NCBI GenBank assembly: GCA_041613315.1
Contig: JBFJHJ010000039.1
Coordinates: forward strand, 1-23,746
DNA: 23,746 nucleotides
Direction of reading: 5' to 3'
Source of the DNA: Gemmatimonadales bacterium
GTDB taxonomy: Bacteria > Gemmatimonadota > Gemmatimonadetes > Gemmatimonadales > GWC2-71-9
In this document: piece after piece, positions 8,750 to 17,412 of the stretch
How the letters are laid out: each line of letters opens with the position of its first letter
Numbering within the stretch: the first letter of the stretch is position 1
Notes under the pieces: model-generated
Told to the model about the DNA's origin: nothing
Seen by the model: the letters and a program-made list of their open reading frames with translations, nothing else
Database searches by the model: none
Translations under genes and position numbers: made by a program

Positions 8750-9424
8750 TCAGCTCAGCTGCTTGAGCACCAGCTTGGCGGCCATCCGCAGGGTGTCGAA
8801 CACACCGTCCCCGGTGACGGCCACGGACTCGAAATACGGCGCCCGACGGACCCAGGTGCCGTTCATGTGCTCCACCAACATCTCGCCGGCGTGCGTCGGG
8901 TCGGGGAGCGGCTTCTGCTGGGCCGGGTCCTCGACGGGCCACCCCGGATTGAGCTGGGCCTGGAGGTCTTTGATGGGCGCGGCATTGGGCAGATCGCGCT
9001 TGTTGTACTGCACGACGAACGGCAGCTTCGTGATATCGTAGCCGTACTCCGCCATGTTGTCGTACAAGTTCTGCATGGACTCGATGTTCGCCTCCATGCG
9101 CTCCATCTGGCTGTCCGCCACGAACACCACGCCGTCGACGCCCTTCAGGATGAGCTTGCGGGACGCATTGTAGTACACTTGGCCCGGCACGGTGTAGAGG
9201 TGGAACCGGGTCTTGAAGCCGCGGATCGTTCCCAGATCGACGGGAAGGAAATCGAAGAACAGCGTGCGCTCGGTCTCCGTGGCGAGGGACACCATCTTGC
9301 CCCGGACGTTAGGGGCCACCTTCCCGTAGATGTGCTCGAGGTTCGTCGTCTTCCCGCCGAGGCCGGGACCGTAGTAGACCACTTTACAGTTGATCTCGCG
9401 CGAGGCGTAGTTGATCATCGACAT
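8750..9424 (-). CDS. mglA: MglA-family small Ras-like GTPase
   Basis: [27 protein letters not shown] (G1), ERTLFFD (Arg finger/G2), TVPGQ (G3) and NKRD (G4). Closely resembles Myxococcus/Thermus MglA. Confidence 0.95.
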   Translation of the reverse strand: MSMINYASREINCKVVYYGPGLGGKTTNLEHIYGKVAPNVRGKMVSLATETERTLFFDFLPVDLGTIRGFKTRFHLYTVPGQVYYNASRKLILKGVDGVVFVADSQMERMEANIESMQNLYDNMAEYGYDITKLPFVVQYNKRDLPNAAPIKDLQAQLNPGWPVEDPAQQKPLPDPTHAGEMLVEHMNGTWVRRAPYFESVAVTGDGVFDTLRMAAKLVLKQLS

Positions 9425-9442
9425 GACCGGCTTCGCCCCCGC

Positions 9443-9940
9443 TTACTCACCGAAGAGTTTGTCAATTTCGTCCTCCGCCCCCTCCAGCAAGCCACCCGGC
9501 CTACCCTTCGCGTCGCCTTCGGCGCCGGCGCGATCGAACAGCTCGGCGAAGAGCTTCCCTAAGTCGCTCACCGTCTGCTTCACCCGCAGCCGGACCATCC
9601 CCACCGTGGTCCGCTGGTCGAACAGCACGACGAGGATGACCCGCCGAGCCACGTCCGCCAGGTACATGGACTCCCGCTCCCCCTGGTGGAACAGCGAGGC
9701 GAACTCCGGCTCGCCGATCATCTTGGCGAGCTGATCGTTGGCGCTGAAGTCCGCCGCCGTGAGCGACGCGAACGTCGTGGGATCGAACGCGAGCTCCTCC
9801 CCGGCGTTCGCCAGGAGCTGGCCCGCGCGGTCCACCAGCAACGCACATCGCGCGTTCGATTCCTTCAGGAGGGCGCTCAGGTGCTCGGTGATCTGGCGGT
9901 AGTCGTCCTCGCCCAGTGACCAGGTGCCGGCACCCGTCAT
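9443..9940 (-). CDS. mglB: MglB-family Roadblock/LC7 protein (MglA GAP)
   Basis: ASLTAA..., LAKMIGEPEFASLFHQGE, ILVVLFDQRTTVGMVRLRVK and the C-terminal helix EDEIDKLFGE. Immediately upstream of mglA. Confidence 0.93.
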   Translation of the reverse strand: MTGAGTWSLGEDDYRQITEHLSALLKESNARCALLVDRAGQLLANAGEELAFDPTTFASLTAADFSANDQLAKMIGEPEFASLFHQGERESMYLADVARRVILVVLFDQRTTVGMVRLRVKQTVSDLGKLFAELFDRAGAEGDAKGRPGGLLEGAEDEIDKLFGE

Positions 9941-9952
9941 CCGCGTCTCACG

Positions 9953-10225
9953 TCAACCAAGTTTCCCCTCCATGCGCCGGACGATCCGTTCGGCCCGGCG
10001 CCGCAACATCGGATGCTGTTCCCACTCCAGGTAGTCCCGCAGCAGCCGCACCGTCTCCACACTGGGGTGCCCGTTGAGGTACCCGAGGGCCGACAGGCGG
10101 CGCAGGGGGTGAACGCTGAACAGATCGCGGCGATGCTTGCCCATCGAGTGCTGGGCCCACACCGCCCCCAACGCCGTCCCTACCACGAACGCGGCGAGGA
10201 GCGCGCGGGTCCGCGGACCCGTCAC
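9953..10225 (-). CDS. Small (90 aa) hypothetical protein with an N-terminal TM helix and HEAT-like helical C-terminus
   Basis: The GTG at 10225 overlaps the recR stop (GTGA), and the ORF fills the recR-mglB gap. Hydrophobic ALLAAFVVGTALGAVWA is followed by amphipathic helices. Confidence 0.75.
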   Translation of the reverse strand: MTGPRTRALLAAFVVGTALGAVWAQHSMGKHRRDLFSVHPLRRLSALGYLNGHPSVETVRLLRDYLEWEQHPMLRRRAERIVRRMEGKLG

Positions 10226-10818
10226 GGGCCCATCTCCCGCCGGGCCGCCATGGCCCGGGCGATCGTCACGTTGTCCGCGTACTCCAGGTCGCCCCCCATC
10301 GGGAGCCCCAGGGCGATCCGCGTCACACGGACGCCCGGACGCTCCACGACGCTCCGCACGTAGGTCGCCGTCACTTCCCCTTCCATAGACGGATTTGTGG
10401 CTACGATCACTTCGCGGATCGCCGTGCCGTTCACCAGACGGCGCCGGAGCCCCTCGATCCGGAGATCGTCCGGCCCGATCCCGTCGAGTGGAGACAGGTG
10501 GCCCTCCAGCACGTGATACAGCCCACGATACTCGCCCGTCCGCTCGATTGCTGTGATATCTGACGCTTCCTCGACCACGCACACGACGCTGCCGTCCCGC
10601 CGGGGATCCCCGCAGATGACACAGGGGTCGGTCTCCCCCAAGTTCCCGCACGCCGAGCACGGACGCACGCGGTCGGCGAGGCCGGCGATCGCGCTCGCCA
10701 GCCGCCGCGTCGTCTCGGGCGACTGCTTCAGGAGGAAATACGTGAGTCGGGTGGCCGTCTTCTTCCCGATGCCGGGCAGGCGGCTCAACTCGCCGACCAG
10801 CTCGTCGATGGCCGACAC
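10222..10818 (-). CDS. recR: Recombination mediator RecR
   Basis: HhH motif LPGIGKKTATRL, C4 zinc finger CSACGN...CVIC, and TOPRIM motifs VCVVEE, YHVLEG.LSP, EVIVATNPSMEGE and GGDLEYAD. Confidence 0.97.
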   Translation of the reverse strand: MSAIDELVGELSRLPGIGKKTATRLTYFLLKQSPETTRRLASAIAGLADRVRPCSACGNLGETDPCVICGDPRRDGSVVCVVEEASDITAIERTGEYRGLYHVLEGHLSPLDGIGPDDLRIEGLRRRLVNGTAIREVIVATNPSMEGEVTATYVRSVVERPGVRVTRIALGLPMGGDLEYADNVTIARAMAARREMGP

Positions 10819-10822
10819 GGCG

Positions 10823-11140
10823 CTACAGCGGGAACTGAAACGGTAGGGGCAACCCGCCGGTCAGCTTGCTCAACTCGCTGCGGTACAGTTCTCCCGCCTT
10901 GCGCTGGGCGTCGGTTACCGCCGCCAGCACGAGATCTTCCAGCATCTCGACATCGGCGTCGGCCGCCACGGCCGGATCGATCCGGATCGACTGGATCTGC
11001 CCGCGGCCGTCCGCGATGGCCGTCACCATGCCGCCGCCCGCCGACCCGGTCAGACTGCGCTGGGCCAGCTCGGTCTGCATCTGGGACAGGCGCCCCTGCA
11101 CCTGCTGACCAAGCTGAAAAAGCTGTGAGAGATCCGCCAT
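10823..11140 (-). CDS. ybaB: YbaB/EbfC family nucleoid-associated protein
   Basis: GSAGGGMVTA...IRIDP...DVEMLEDLVLAAVTDA, in the canonical dnaX-ybaB-recR order. Confidence 0.93.
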   Translation of the reverse strand: MADLSQLFQLGQQVQGRLSQMQTELAQRSLTGSAGGGMVTAIADGRGQIQSIRIDPAVAADADVEMLEDLVLAAVTDAQRKAGELYRSELSKLTGGLPLPFQFPL

Positions 11141-11190
11141 GACCCTGCTAGAATCGGACGAGCGCCACGCGACTGTAGATCAGAGGGTGC

Positions 11191-11219
11191 AAGCTACCCT
11201 GGGCGGAACAGCGCCGCAA
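11191..11219 (-). promoter_or_regulatory. Putative sigma70 promoter internal to the dnaX operon, for ybaB-recR-orf-mglBA-pgsA-cinA
   Basis: The minus strand reads TTGCGG-N17-TAGCTT in the dnaX-ybaB gap. Confidence 0.55.
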
Positions 11220-11220
11220 G

Positions 11221-12951
11221 CTATTCCAGGAGTTCAAGATCCAACGCCTCCGCCACCGCGTCGAGACTCTGGTCCCGCGTCCGATAGATCCTCAGCCGTT
11301 CGTCGCGGTCGGCGTCGCGGTCGAGCCGTCGCGGAGCCTCCGAGGCCGCCGTCCGGCCTTCGCCGACGGGGCGATAGCGCACCGTCGCCGGCCGGCCCGT
11401 GACCTCACGGATCGCCGTCGCCACGAGCTCTCGTCCCCGTTCCAACCCCTCCAGGTGGACCTTCGAATCGGACACCTCCAGGGTGACCGCCGCTCCGTCC
11501 ACCTCAGCCGGCCTCGCATGCGCCAGCGCCTCCTGGAGCATCCGCCGACGCTGACCGACCGTCTCCGCGACCGTGGGCCACGCGGCACGGAGCTCGTCCA
11601 GGGTGAGCGGGCCGTCGCGCCGCACATACGGCGGCCGCTCGCGCACGGGCGGCTCCCGCGCCTCGCCCCGCCCCTCCTGGCGGTCGGGCGGGCGCCGGGA
11701 CGCGGCGCGCGGCCCCTCCGCCGCCTCACCGCCCGCCCGTGTCGCCTGCTCGCCCGACCGCCCCGCAGGAGGCGGGGCGGTGGGGGACCCGCCGCCTCGC
11801 AGGGCCTCGAGCAGGTCCGCCAGCTCCACGGTGCGGTCCAGGAGCGTCCACTGCACGAGCAGGGTCTCTACGTGCAGCCGGGCGTTCGGGCTGCGGCGGA
11901 TCGCCACTTCCGCATCGGCCAGGAGCCGGAGCATCCGCAGCAGGTCACCCTCGGCGAAGCCCGCGGCGTGGCGTTCCACGACCGTGCGGAGCGTCTCGGT
12001 GAGCCCCTCCGGCCGGCCGCCGAGGACCGTGAGCAGCACGGCGCGCAGGACCTCCCCCAGCCCCGCGACGAACTCCATCAGGTCGGCGCCCTGCTCGGCG
12101 AGGCGCTGCACGAAGGGGAACACGTCGGCGGTGCGCCGCGCGGCCACCACATCCAGGAGCACCGCGTAGGTCTCGTCGCCGATCAGCCCCAGCGCCTCAC
12201 GGACCCGACCCGCCGATACGGCGCCGTCGCCGAAGGCCAACGCCTGGTCGAGGAGCGAGAGGGCGTCCCGCATCCCGCCGTCGGCGACGCGGGCGATGAG
12301 CCGGAGGGCGTCGTCCTCCAGCACGATCCCCTCCTCGGCGGCAACGTGCGTCAGTCGCTCGGCGATCGCCGCGGGGCCGATGCGGCGGAAATCGAAGCGC
12401 TGTACGCGACTCATGACCGGCGCGGCCGTGTTGGCGATCTTCTGCGGTTCGGTCGTCGCGAAGACGAAGACCACGCGGGGCGGGGGCTCTTCGAGGATCT
12501 TGAGGAGCGCGTTCCACGCCTCCCGCGTGAGCATGTGGGCCTCGTCCACGATGTAGACCTTATGGCGGTCGGGTCCGCTGGCGGCGTACATCGCGCGTTC
12601 GCGGAGATCCCGCGCGTCGTCGACGCCGCGGTTGCTGGCGGCGTCGATCTCGACGACGTCGAAATTGGCCGCGCCCGACCAGATGCGCCGGCAGGAGTCG
12701 CACGTGGCACAGGGCTCGCCCGGTGGGACGTCGCCCTCGCCGCCCGCCGCCCGCCGCTCGCAGTTCAGCGCCATCGCGAGGATGCGCGCGGCGCTCGTCT
12801 TCCCCACGCCGCGCGGCCCGGTGAGCAAGTAGGCGTGCGCGACGCGCTTGTTCGCCACGGCACCCGCGAGGCCCGCCGCGACGTGGTTCTGGGCGACGAG
12901 ATCCGCGAAGCGGGAGGGTCGGTACTTCCGGGCGAGGGCCGTGTGGGTCAT
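11221..12951 (-). CDS. dnaX: DNA polymerase III subunit gamma/tau
   Basis: ALARKYRP, Walker A GPRGVGKTS, Zn motif C...PCATCDSC, EIDAASNRGVDD, Walker B IVDEAHML, NALLKILEEPP and GGMRDALSLLDQ. True start is the ATG at 12951. Confidence 0.97.
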   Translation of the reverse strand: MTHTALARKYRPSRFADLVAQNHVAAGLAGAVANKRVAHAYLLTGPRGVGKTSAARILAMALNCERRAAGGEGDVPPGEPCATCDSCRRIWSGAANFDVVEIDAASNRGVDDARDLRERAMYAASGPDRHKVYIVDEAHMLTREAWNALLKILEEPPPRVVFVFATTEPQKIANTAAPVMSRVQRFDFRRIGPAAIAERLTHVAAEEGIVLEDDALRLIARVADGGMRDALSLLDQALAFGDGAVSAGRVREALGLIGDETYAVLLDVVAARRTADVFPFVQRLAEQGADLMEFVAGLGEVLRAVLLTVLGGRPEGLTETLRTVVERHAAGFAEGDLLRMLRLLADAEVAIRRSPNARLHVETLLVQWTLLDRTVELADLLEALRGGGSPTAPPPAGRSGEQATRAGGEAAEGPRAASRRPPDRQEGRGEAREPPVRERPPYVRRDGPLTLDELRAAWPTVAETVGQRRRMLQEALAHARPAEVDGAAVTLEVSDSKVHLEGLERGRELVATAIREVTGRPATVRYRPVGEGRTAASEAPRRLDRDADRDERLRIYRTRDQSLDAVAEALDLELLE

Positions 12952-12966
12952 GCGGTGTCGGGTGAT

Positions 12967-13063
12967 GCCCCAGGCACCCCGAAGCGACGAACGACAGCGC
13001 TTAGCGCTGCTACCTGCACGGTCCTGACGCGGTTCGCGCGCGTGCGCCCTTCGGACCTGGGGC
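12967..13063 (-). ncRNA. ffs: Signal recognition particle RNA (small bacterial 4.5S type)
   Basis: About 97-nt hairpin with a terminal stem GCCCCAGG/CCTGGGGC and CCGAAG/CTTCGG. Domain IV core reads GAACCGCGTCAGGACC-GTGCA-GGTAGCAGCGCTAAG. Position upstream of dnaX is the classic ffs location. Confidence 0.9.
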
Positions 13064-13106
13064 GCCCGAAAGGTATGCTCGGGATCCCGTCGGGGACAGG
13101 GGGCAT

Positions 13107-14555
13107 CTAGTGGCGGCCGCCCCCGCGCAACCAGGTGCCGGGCATGACGAGCACCAGCAACGTGTAGAACTCGAGCCGCCCGAGCAGCATCAGCAGCGTC
13201 AGCAGCAGATGCGCGGTCGCCGGGAGCTCGCCGTAGTGCGCCGCGGGGCCGACGGCGCCCAGCCCGGGACCGATGCTCGACATCGCGGCGAGTGCCGCAC
13301 TCGTCGCGGTCACGAGATCCAGGCCCAGGGCCGCGAGGAGGATGGTCCCGATGCCGTGCGTCACGACGTACAGCGTCAGAAAGCCGAGGACGTTCAGCAG
13401 CACGTCGGAACGGATGGCCCGGTGTCCCAGTTTGGTGACGAAGACGGCCCGTGGGTGCAGCACCTTGCGGATCTCGCCGGCGGCGTGCGTGAGCACCACG
13501 GCGGCGCGCACCACCTTGAAGCCGCCGCCAGTCGAGCCTCCCATCGCGCCCACGAACATGAGTCCCAGCAGGAGCACCTGGCAGAACGCGGGCCACGCCG
13601 CAAAGTCGGACGTGGCAAAGCCGGTCGTGGTGATTACGGCCGCGGTATTGAAGACGGCGCGTTGCAGGACCGGGAGGCTCCACTCTCGACCGCTCAGCGC
13701 CAGCGACAGGAAGACCGCCACCATCGCCCCCGCCGCCAGGCCGGCGTACCAGCGCCATTCCTGGTCGCGCGTCCACGCCGTGAGACGTCCGGCCAGCAGA
13801 CGGTAGTGCAGCGTGAAGTTCGTGCCCGCGATGAGCATGAAGACGACCGTGACCCACTGAATCGGGGCCGAGAAGGCACCGATGGAGGCGGTGCGGGTGG
13901 AGAAGCCGCCGGTCGCGAGGCAGCTCATGGCGTGGTTCACCGCGTCAAACGGCGACATACCCAGCACGATGTAGATGACCGCGAGGAGCGCGGTGAAGAA
14001 GGCATACACGACCCACAAGAGCCGTGCCGTGGACGCGATCCGCGGCCTCAGCCGGTCGGTGGCGATGCCCGGCGCCTCGGCATGGAACAGCTGCGCGCCG
14101 CCCATGCCGAGGAGCGGGAGGATGGCTACACCCAAAACGATGATCCCCATCCCCCCGATCCAGTGCGTCACGCTGCGCCACAGCAGGATGCTGCGCGGAA
14201 GCTCCTCGATCACGGGGAAGACCGTGGCGCCGGTGGTGGTGAACCCCGAAGCGGACTCGAACAGCGCCGCCCACGGCGCGGCGACGACGCCGGTCACGAC
14301 GAACGGGACGGCCCCCGCCAGCACCACGGCGATCCACCCCAGGCCCACGACGGCCAGCCCTTCCCGGGGGTTGAGGGACACGCGCCGCGGCGTCGCCAGC
14401 CACAGCGTGACGCCGACCGCGGCGGTGCCGAGGGCGGCGCCCAGCCATGGGAGGAGCAGCCCCTCCCCGAACCCGAACGCGGCCGACGGCAGCATCGCCA
14501 CCGCCGTCCACACGAGCAGCGCGCCGACGATATGCAGGACCTCGGGCAGGTTCAT
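13107..14555 (-). CDS. trkH: Trk system potassium uptake membrane protein TrkH
   Basis: Pore-loop motifs FESASGFTTTGAT, ATGGFS, ITTTGFA and SSIGPG, plus WIGGMGII, GGSTGGGFK and LMLLGRLE. Confidence 0.95.
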   Translation of the reverse strand: MNLPEVLHIVGALLVWTAVAMLPSAAFGFGEGLLLPWLGAALGTAAVGVTLWLATPRRVSLNPREGLAVVGLGWIAVVLAGAVPFVVTGVVAAPWAALFESASGFTTTGATVFPVIEELPRSILLWRSVTHWIGGMGIIVLGVAILPLLGMGGAQLFHAEAPGIATDRLRPRIASTARLLWVVYAFFTALLAVIYIVLGMSPFDAVNHAMSCLATGGFSTRTASIGAFSAPIQWVTVVFMLIAGTNFTLHYRLLAGRLTAWTRDQEWRWYAGLAAGAMVAVFLSLALSGREWSLPVLQRAVFNTAAVITTTGFATSDFAAWPAFCQVLLLGLMFVGAMGGSTGGGFKVVRAAVVLTHAAGEIRKVLHPRAVFVTKLGHRAIRSDVLLNVLGFLTLYVVTHGIGTILLAALGLDLVTATSAALAAMSSIGPGLGAVGPAAHYGELPATAHLLLTLLMLLGRLEFYTLLVLVMPGTWLRGGGRH

Positions 14556-14571
14556 GCGGGTGCCCGTCGGG

Positions 14572-15918
14572 TCATGACGGGAAGAGCCGGGTCACGGCCT
14601 CCACGGCGTGGGGGAGGGTGAACACGATCGCGGTATCCCCGACGTCCAGCACGTGGTGGCCGCGCGGAACCGTGACCTGCCGGCCGTGGATGAGCGCCGC
14701 CACGATGGCGCCGTCCGGGAAGTGCAGCTCCGCGATCGGCGTGCCGACGACCGGGCTCCGAGCGGATACTCGGAACGCGATTGCTTCGGCATCGCTGTCT
14801 TTGAAGGTCGTCACCCGCCGCACGCTGCCCCGCCGGACGTAGCGGAGGATCGCCCCGGCCGCCGAGAGGCGCGGGCTGACGGCGGCGTCGATGCCGACCC
14901 GGCGCGCCAGCGGTACGTACTCGCTCTTGTTCACCAGCGTGATGACCTGCTTCGCACCGGCATGCTTCGCGATCAGCGACGAGAGGATATTGGTGTCGTC
15001 CTCTTCGGTCAGGGCGACGAAGGCGTCGGCCCCCCCAACCCCTTCCATCTCCAGGAGCTCGACATCCGTGGCGTCGCCGTGCAGCACCAGAGCCCGGTCG
15101 AGGCGTTCCGCGAGCTCCTGGGCCCGCTCCCGATCGCTCACCAGGAGCGTCGCCTCGACGCCAAGCTCCTGGAGGAGCTGGGCGAGATAGAACGCCTCGA
15201 GGCTGCCCCCCGCGATCATCACGCGGCGGAGCGTCGCCCGCTCGTAGCCGCACAGCTCCAGCGCCCGGGAAACCTCTCGGCCCGCCGCCACGACATAGAG
15301 GTTGTCGCCCGCCAGCACCTGGGTGCTGCCCCTGGGCACGACCGTCTCGCCCTGCCGTTCCAGCGCCACGGTGAGCATCTCTCGGTTCGTTTCTTCGGCG
15401 CCGATGTCCGCGAGGCGTCGCCCCGCGATCGGCGCGTCGTCGGTCACTCGCAGTTTGACGAGCTGGACCGCGCCGCCCGCGAACGCGGCCACATCGGTCG
15501 CCGCGGTGGACTCGAGCAACCGGACCGTCTCGAGGGCCAGCTCCCGCTCGGGGTTGATCAGCACGTCCACGCCGAACCGTTCGGGCTGAAGCTGGTCGGC
15601 CTGGCCGTAGAAGTCCGGATTGGACACGCGCGCAATGCGCACCAGGGTGGGTTGGCCCCGGGCTGCCATGCAGCAGACCAGATTCACCTCGTCAATGTTG
15701 GTCACGGCCACGAGGAGCCCCGCTTTGCCCACGTTCGCCCGATCGAGGACGGCCGGGCTGATGCCGCTCCCCGCCATCACCGCCACGTCCAGGTGGCTGC
15801 TCACGTAGTCGAGGCGTCCGGGGTCCGTGTCCACCACGACCACGTCGTGCTTCTCGCTGGACAGCTTCTCGGCGACGTGATAGCCCACCTCACCCGCCCC
15901 GACGATCACGATCCGCAT
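14572..15918 (-). CDS. trkA: Trk system potassium uptake regulatory protein TrkA (tandem RCK)
   Basis: MRIVIVGAGEVG, DEVNLVCC, INPE, a second RCK (VMIAGG, GDATD, DDTNILSSLIAK) and 448 aa length. Adjacent to trkH. Confidence 0.95.
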   Translation of the reverse strand: MRIVIVGAGEVGYHVAEKLSSEKHDVVVVDTDPGRLDYVSSHLDVAVMAGSGISPAVLDRANVGKAGLLVAVTNIDEVNLVCCMAARGQPTLVRIARVSNPDFYGQADQLQPERFGVDVLINPERELALETVRLLESTAATDVAAFAGGAVQLVKLRVTDDAPIAGRRLADIGAEETNREMLTVALERQGETVVPRGSTQVLAGDNLYVVAAGREVSRALELCGYERATLRRVMIAGGSLEAFYLAQLLQELGVEATLLVSDRERAQELAERLDRALVLHGDATDVELLEMEGVGGADAFVALTEEDDTNILSSLIAKHAGAKQVITLVNKSEYVPLARRVGIDAAVSPRLSAAGAILRYVRRGSVRRVTTFKDSDAEAIAFRVSARSPVVGTPIAELHFPDGAIVAALIHGRQVTVPRGHHVLDVGDTAIVFTLPHAVEAVTRLFPS

Positions 15919-15943
15919 GGGCCCCTCACCGAGTTCGTTACGA

Positions 15944-16180
15944 TCATCGGCGTCTCACCTGCGCACCGGTCTCGAACACGCGATCCCCGGGGAGGCGGAA
16001 GCACTCCGTCGCCCGCCGCGCGTTGCGCAACATCAGCGCGAGGAGCCTCTCGCGCCAGATGGCCACCCTAGAGCGGTCCGGTCGAACAGGGGTTCACCCC
16101 AGGAGAACGTGGTGTTCTCCAGCGGGATCCCCCAACCCTGTGTCGCGCATTGCTTCAGGATCAATGATGCTCGGGTTTGC
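15944..16180 (-). pseudogene. kup: Degenerate 3' fragment of a Kup/HAK/KT potassium transporter gene
   Basis: Manual translation gives LILKQCATQGWGIPLENTTF in one frame. After indels, 16066-15944 reads [37 protein letters not shown]. Together these match my recollection of the Kup C-terminus (TSFFLGRE...MAxWRExLFxxMxRNAxxATxxFxLPxxRVxExGxQV). Confidence 0.82.
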
Positions 16181-16259
16181 GGCTCGAGGCGGCATCCGCG
16201 CCGCCCCACCCCGATCCCGTTCGGACCGGGAGGCAGGCGTTCTCATCCCGCGCGGAGGC

Positions 16260-17288
16260 TCACCGAAGAGTCTTGGCGATCACTCGAGCCGCGTGCTCGA
16301 TCTGGTCCCGGGACACGTCGCGATGCGTCACCGCTCGCAGCCGCCGTTCGCCGAAGGCCACGAGCAGCACGCCCCGCTCGGCGAGCCGCCGGACCGCGTC
16401 CCGTGCGGCGGCTGCCGGCGCCAGCAGGTCCAGCATGACGATGTTGGTCTCGGGTCGAAGTGGCCGCACCGCGGAGACTCCCTCGAGGCGCTCCGCCAGG
16501 AGACGCGCGTTGGCGTGATCCGCCGCGAGCCCGTCGAGGTGGTGGTCGAGGGCATAGAGCCCCGCCGCCGCAAGGATGCCGGTCTGGCGCATTCCGCCGC
16601 CCAGCCGCTTGCGAATCTGCCACGCCTGCTCGATGTGCGCCCGCGAGCCCGCGAGGCAGCTCCCCACCGGACAGCCCAAGCCCTTCGAGAGTGAGACCAT
16701 CACGGTGGTGGCCCCACGCGCGAGGCGGGCGGGCGGTGCATCCAACGCGACGGCGGCGTTCCAGAGTCGCGCGCCGTCCAGATGGATCGGCACGCCGCGC
16801 TCGGCCGCGAGCGTGGTGAGCCCGTCCCACACGGCGGTGCTCATCACTCGCCCACCCGCCGCGTTGTGCGTGTTTTCGGCCGCGATCGCGCTGATCCGCG
16901 GCACGTAGCGGCCCGAGCGCCAGGCAGCGCACGCCAGTTCGGCCGTCAGGATGCCGTCCGGCGTCGCCACCGGCCGGATCTGCACGCCCGCCAGTGCCGC
17001 GACGCCCGCGAGCTCGTAGTGGACATGATGGGCGTCGGCTTCGAGCACCAGCTCGGTGCCGCGTTCGCCCAGCAGGAGGATCGCCGCCTGATTCGCCTGC
17101 ACACCGGAGGGGAAGAACAATGCCGCCTCCAGTCCCAGGAGCTCGGCGATCCGCGCTTCGAGCCGGCGGGTCGTCGGGTCGCCGTCCAGCACGTCGTCTC
17201 CCACCTCGGCGTCCGTCATGGCCCGGCGCATCGCATCCGAGGGCTTGGTCACGGTATCGCTGCGGAGATCGATGGCGCCCGCGCTCAT
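16260..17288 (-). CDS. ltaE: Low-specificity L-threonine aldolase (PLP-dependent)
   Basis: IDLRSDTVTKP, VGDDV, ENTHN, HLDGARLWNA, SLSKGLG (PLP lysine) and GGGMRQ. Confidence 0.92.
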   Translation of the reverse strand: MSAGAIDLRSDTVTKPSDAMRRAMTDAEVGDDVLDGDPTTRRLEARIAELLGLEAALFFPSGVQANQAAILLLGERGTELVLEADAHHVHYELAGVAALAGVQIRPVATPDGILTAELACAAWRSGRYVPRISAIAAENTHNAAGGRVMSTAVWDGLTTLAAERGVPIHLDGARLWNAAVALDAPPARLARGATTVMVSLSKGLGCPVGSCLAGSRAHIEQAWQIRKRLGGGMRQTGILAAAGLYALDHHLDGLAADHANARLLAERLEGVSAVRPLRPETNIVMLDLLAPAAAARDAVRRLAERGVLLVAFGERRLRAVTHRDVSRDQIEHAARVIAKTLR

Positions 17289-17412
17289 CGCGCGTCCCCG
17301 GCGGGAAGGACGGAAGAGATGGTGCGAAGGTCCAGTCCAGACCCCTGCCGAAGTCGGCCTGGCCGCGGCACGCCTTGCGGGAGCCGCAGCACCCGCACCG
17401 TCCGTGCCGCCC

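Noticed and set aside
11221..12951. Programmed frameshift or slippage site producing the gamma subunit of dnaX
   Set aside because: I found no A-AAA-AAG heptamer or long A/T run in the gene.
12952..13857. 302-aa N-terminal extension of DnaX in the 878-aa ORF call
   Set aside because: It overlaps trkH in another frame and runs through the SRP RNA. DnaX homology starts at MTHTALARKYRP (12951).
15919..16259. c-di-AMP (ydaO) riboswitch or other sRNA upstream of trkA
   Set aside because: A GGGGTGAA word and some GC hairpins are present, but the other ydaO elements are not evident. The region is better explained as decayed kup coding sequence. An Rfam scan would settle it.
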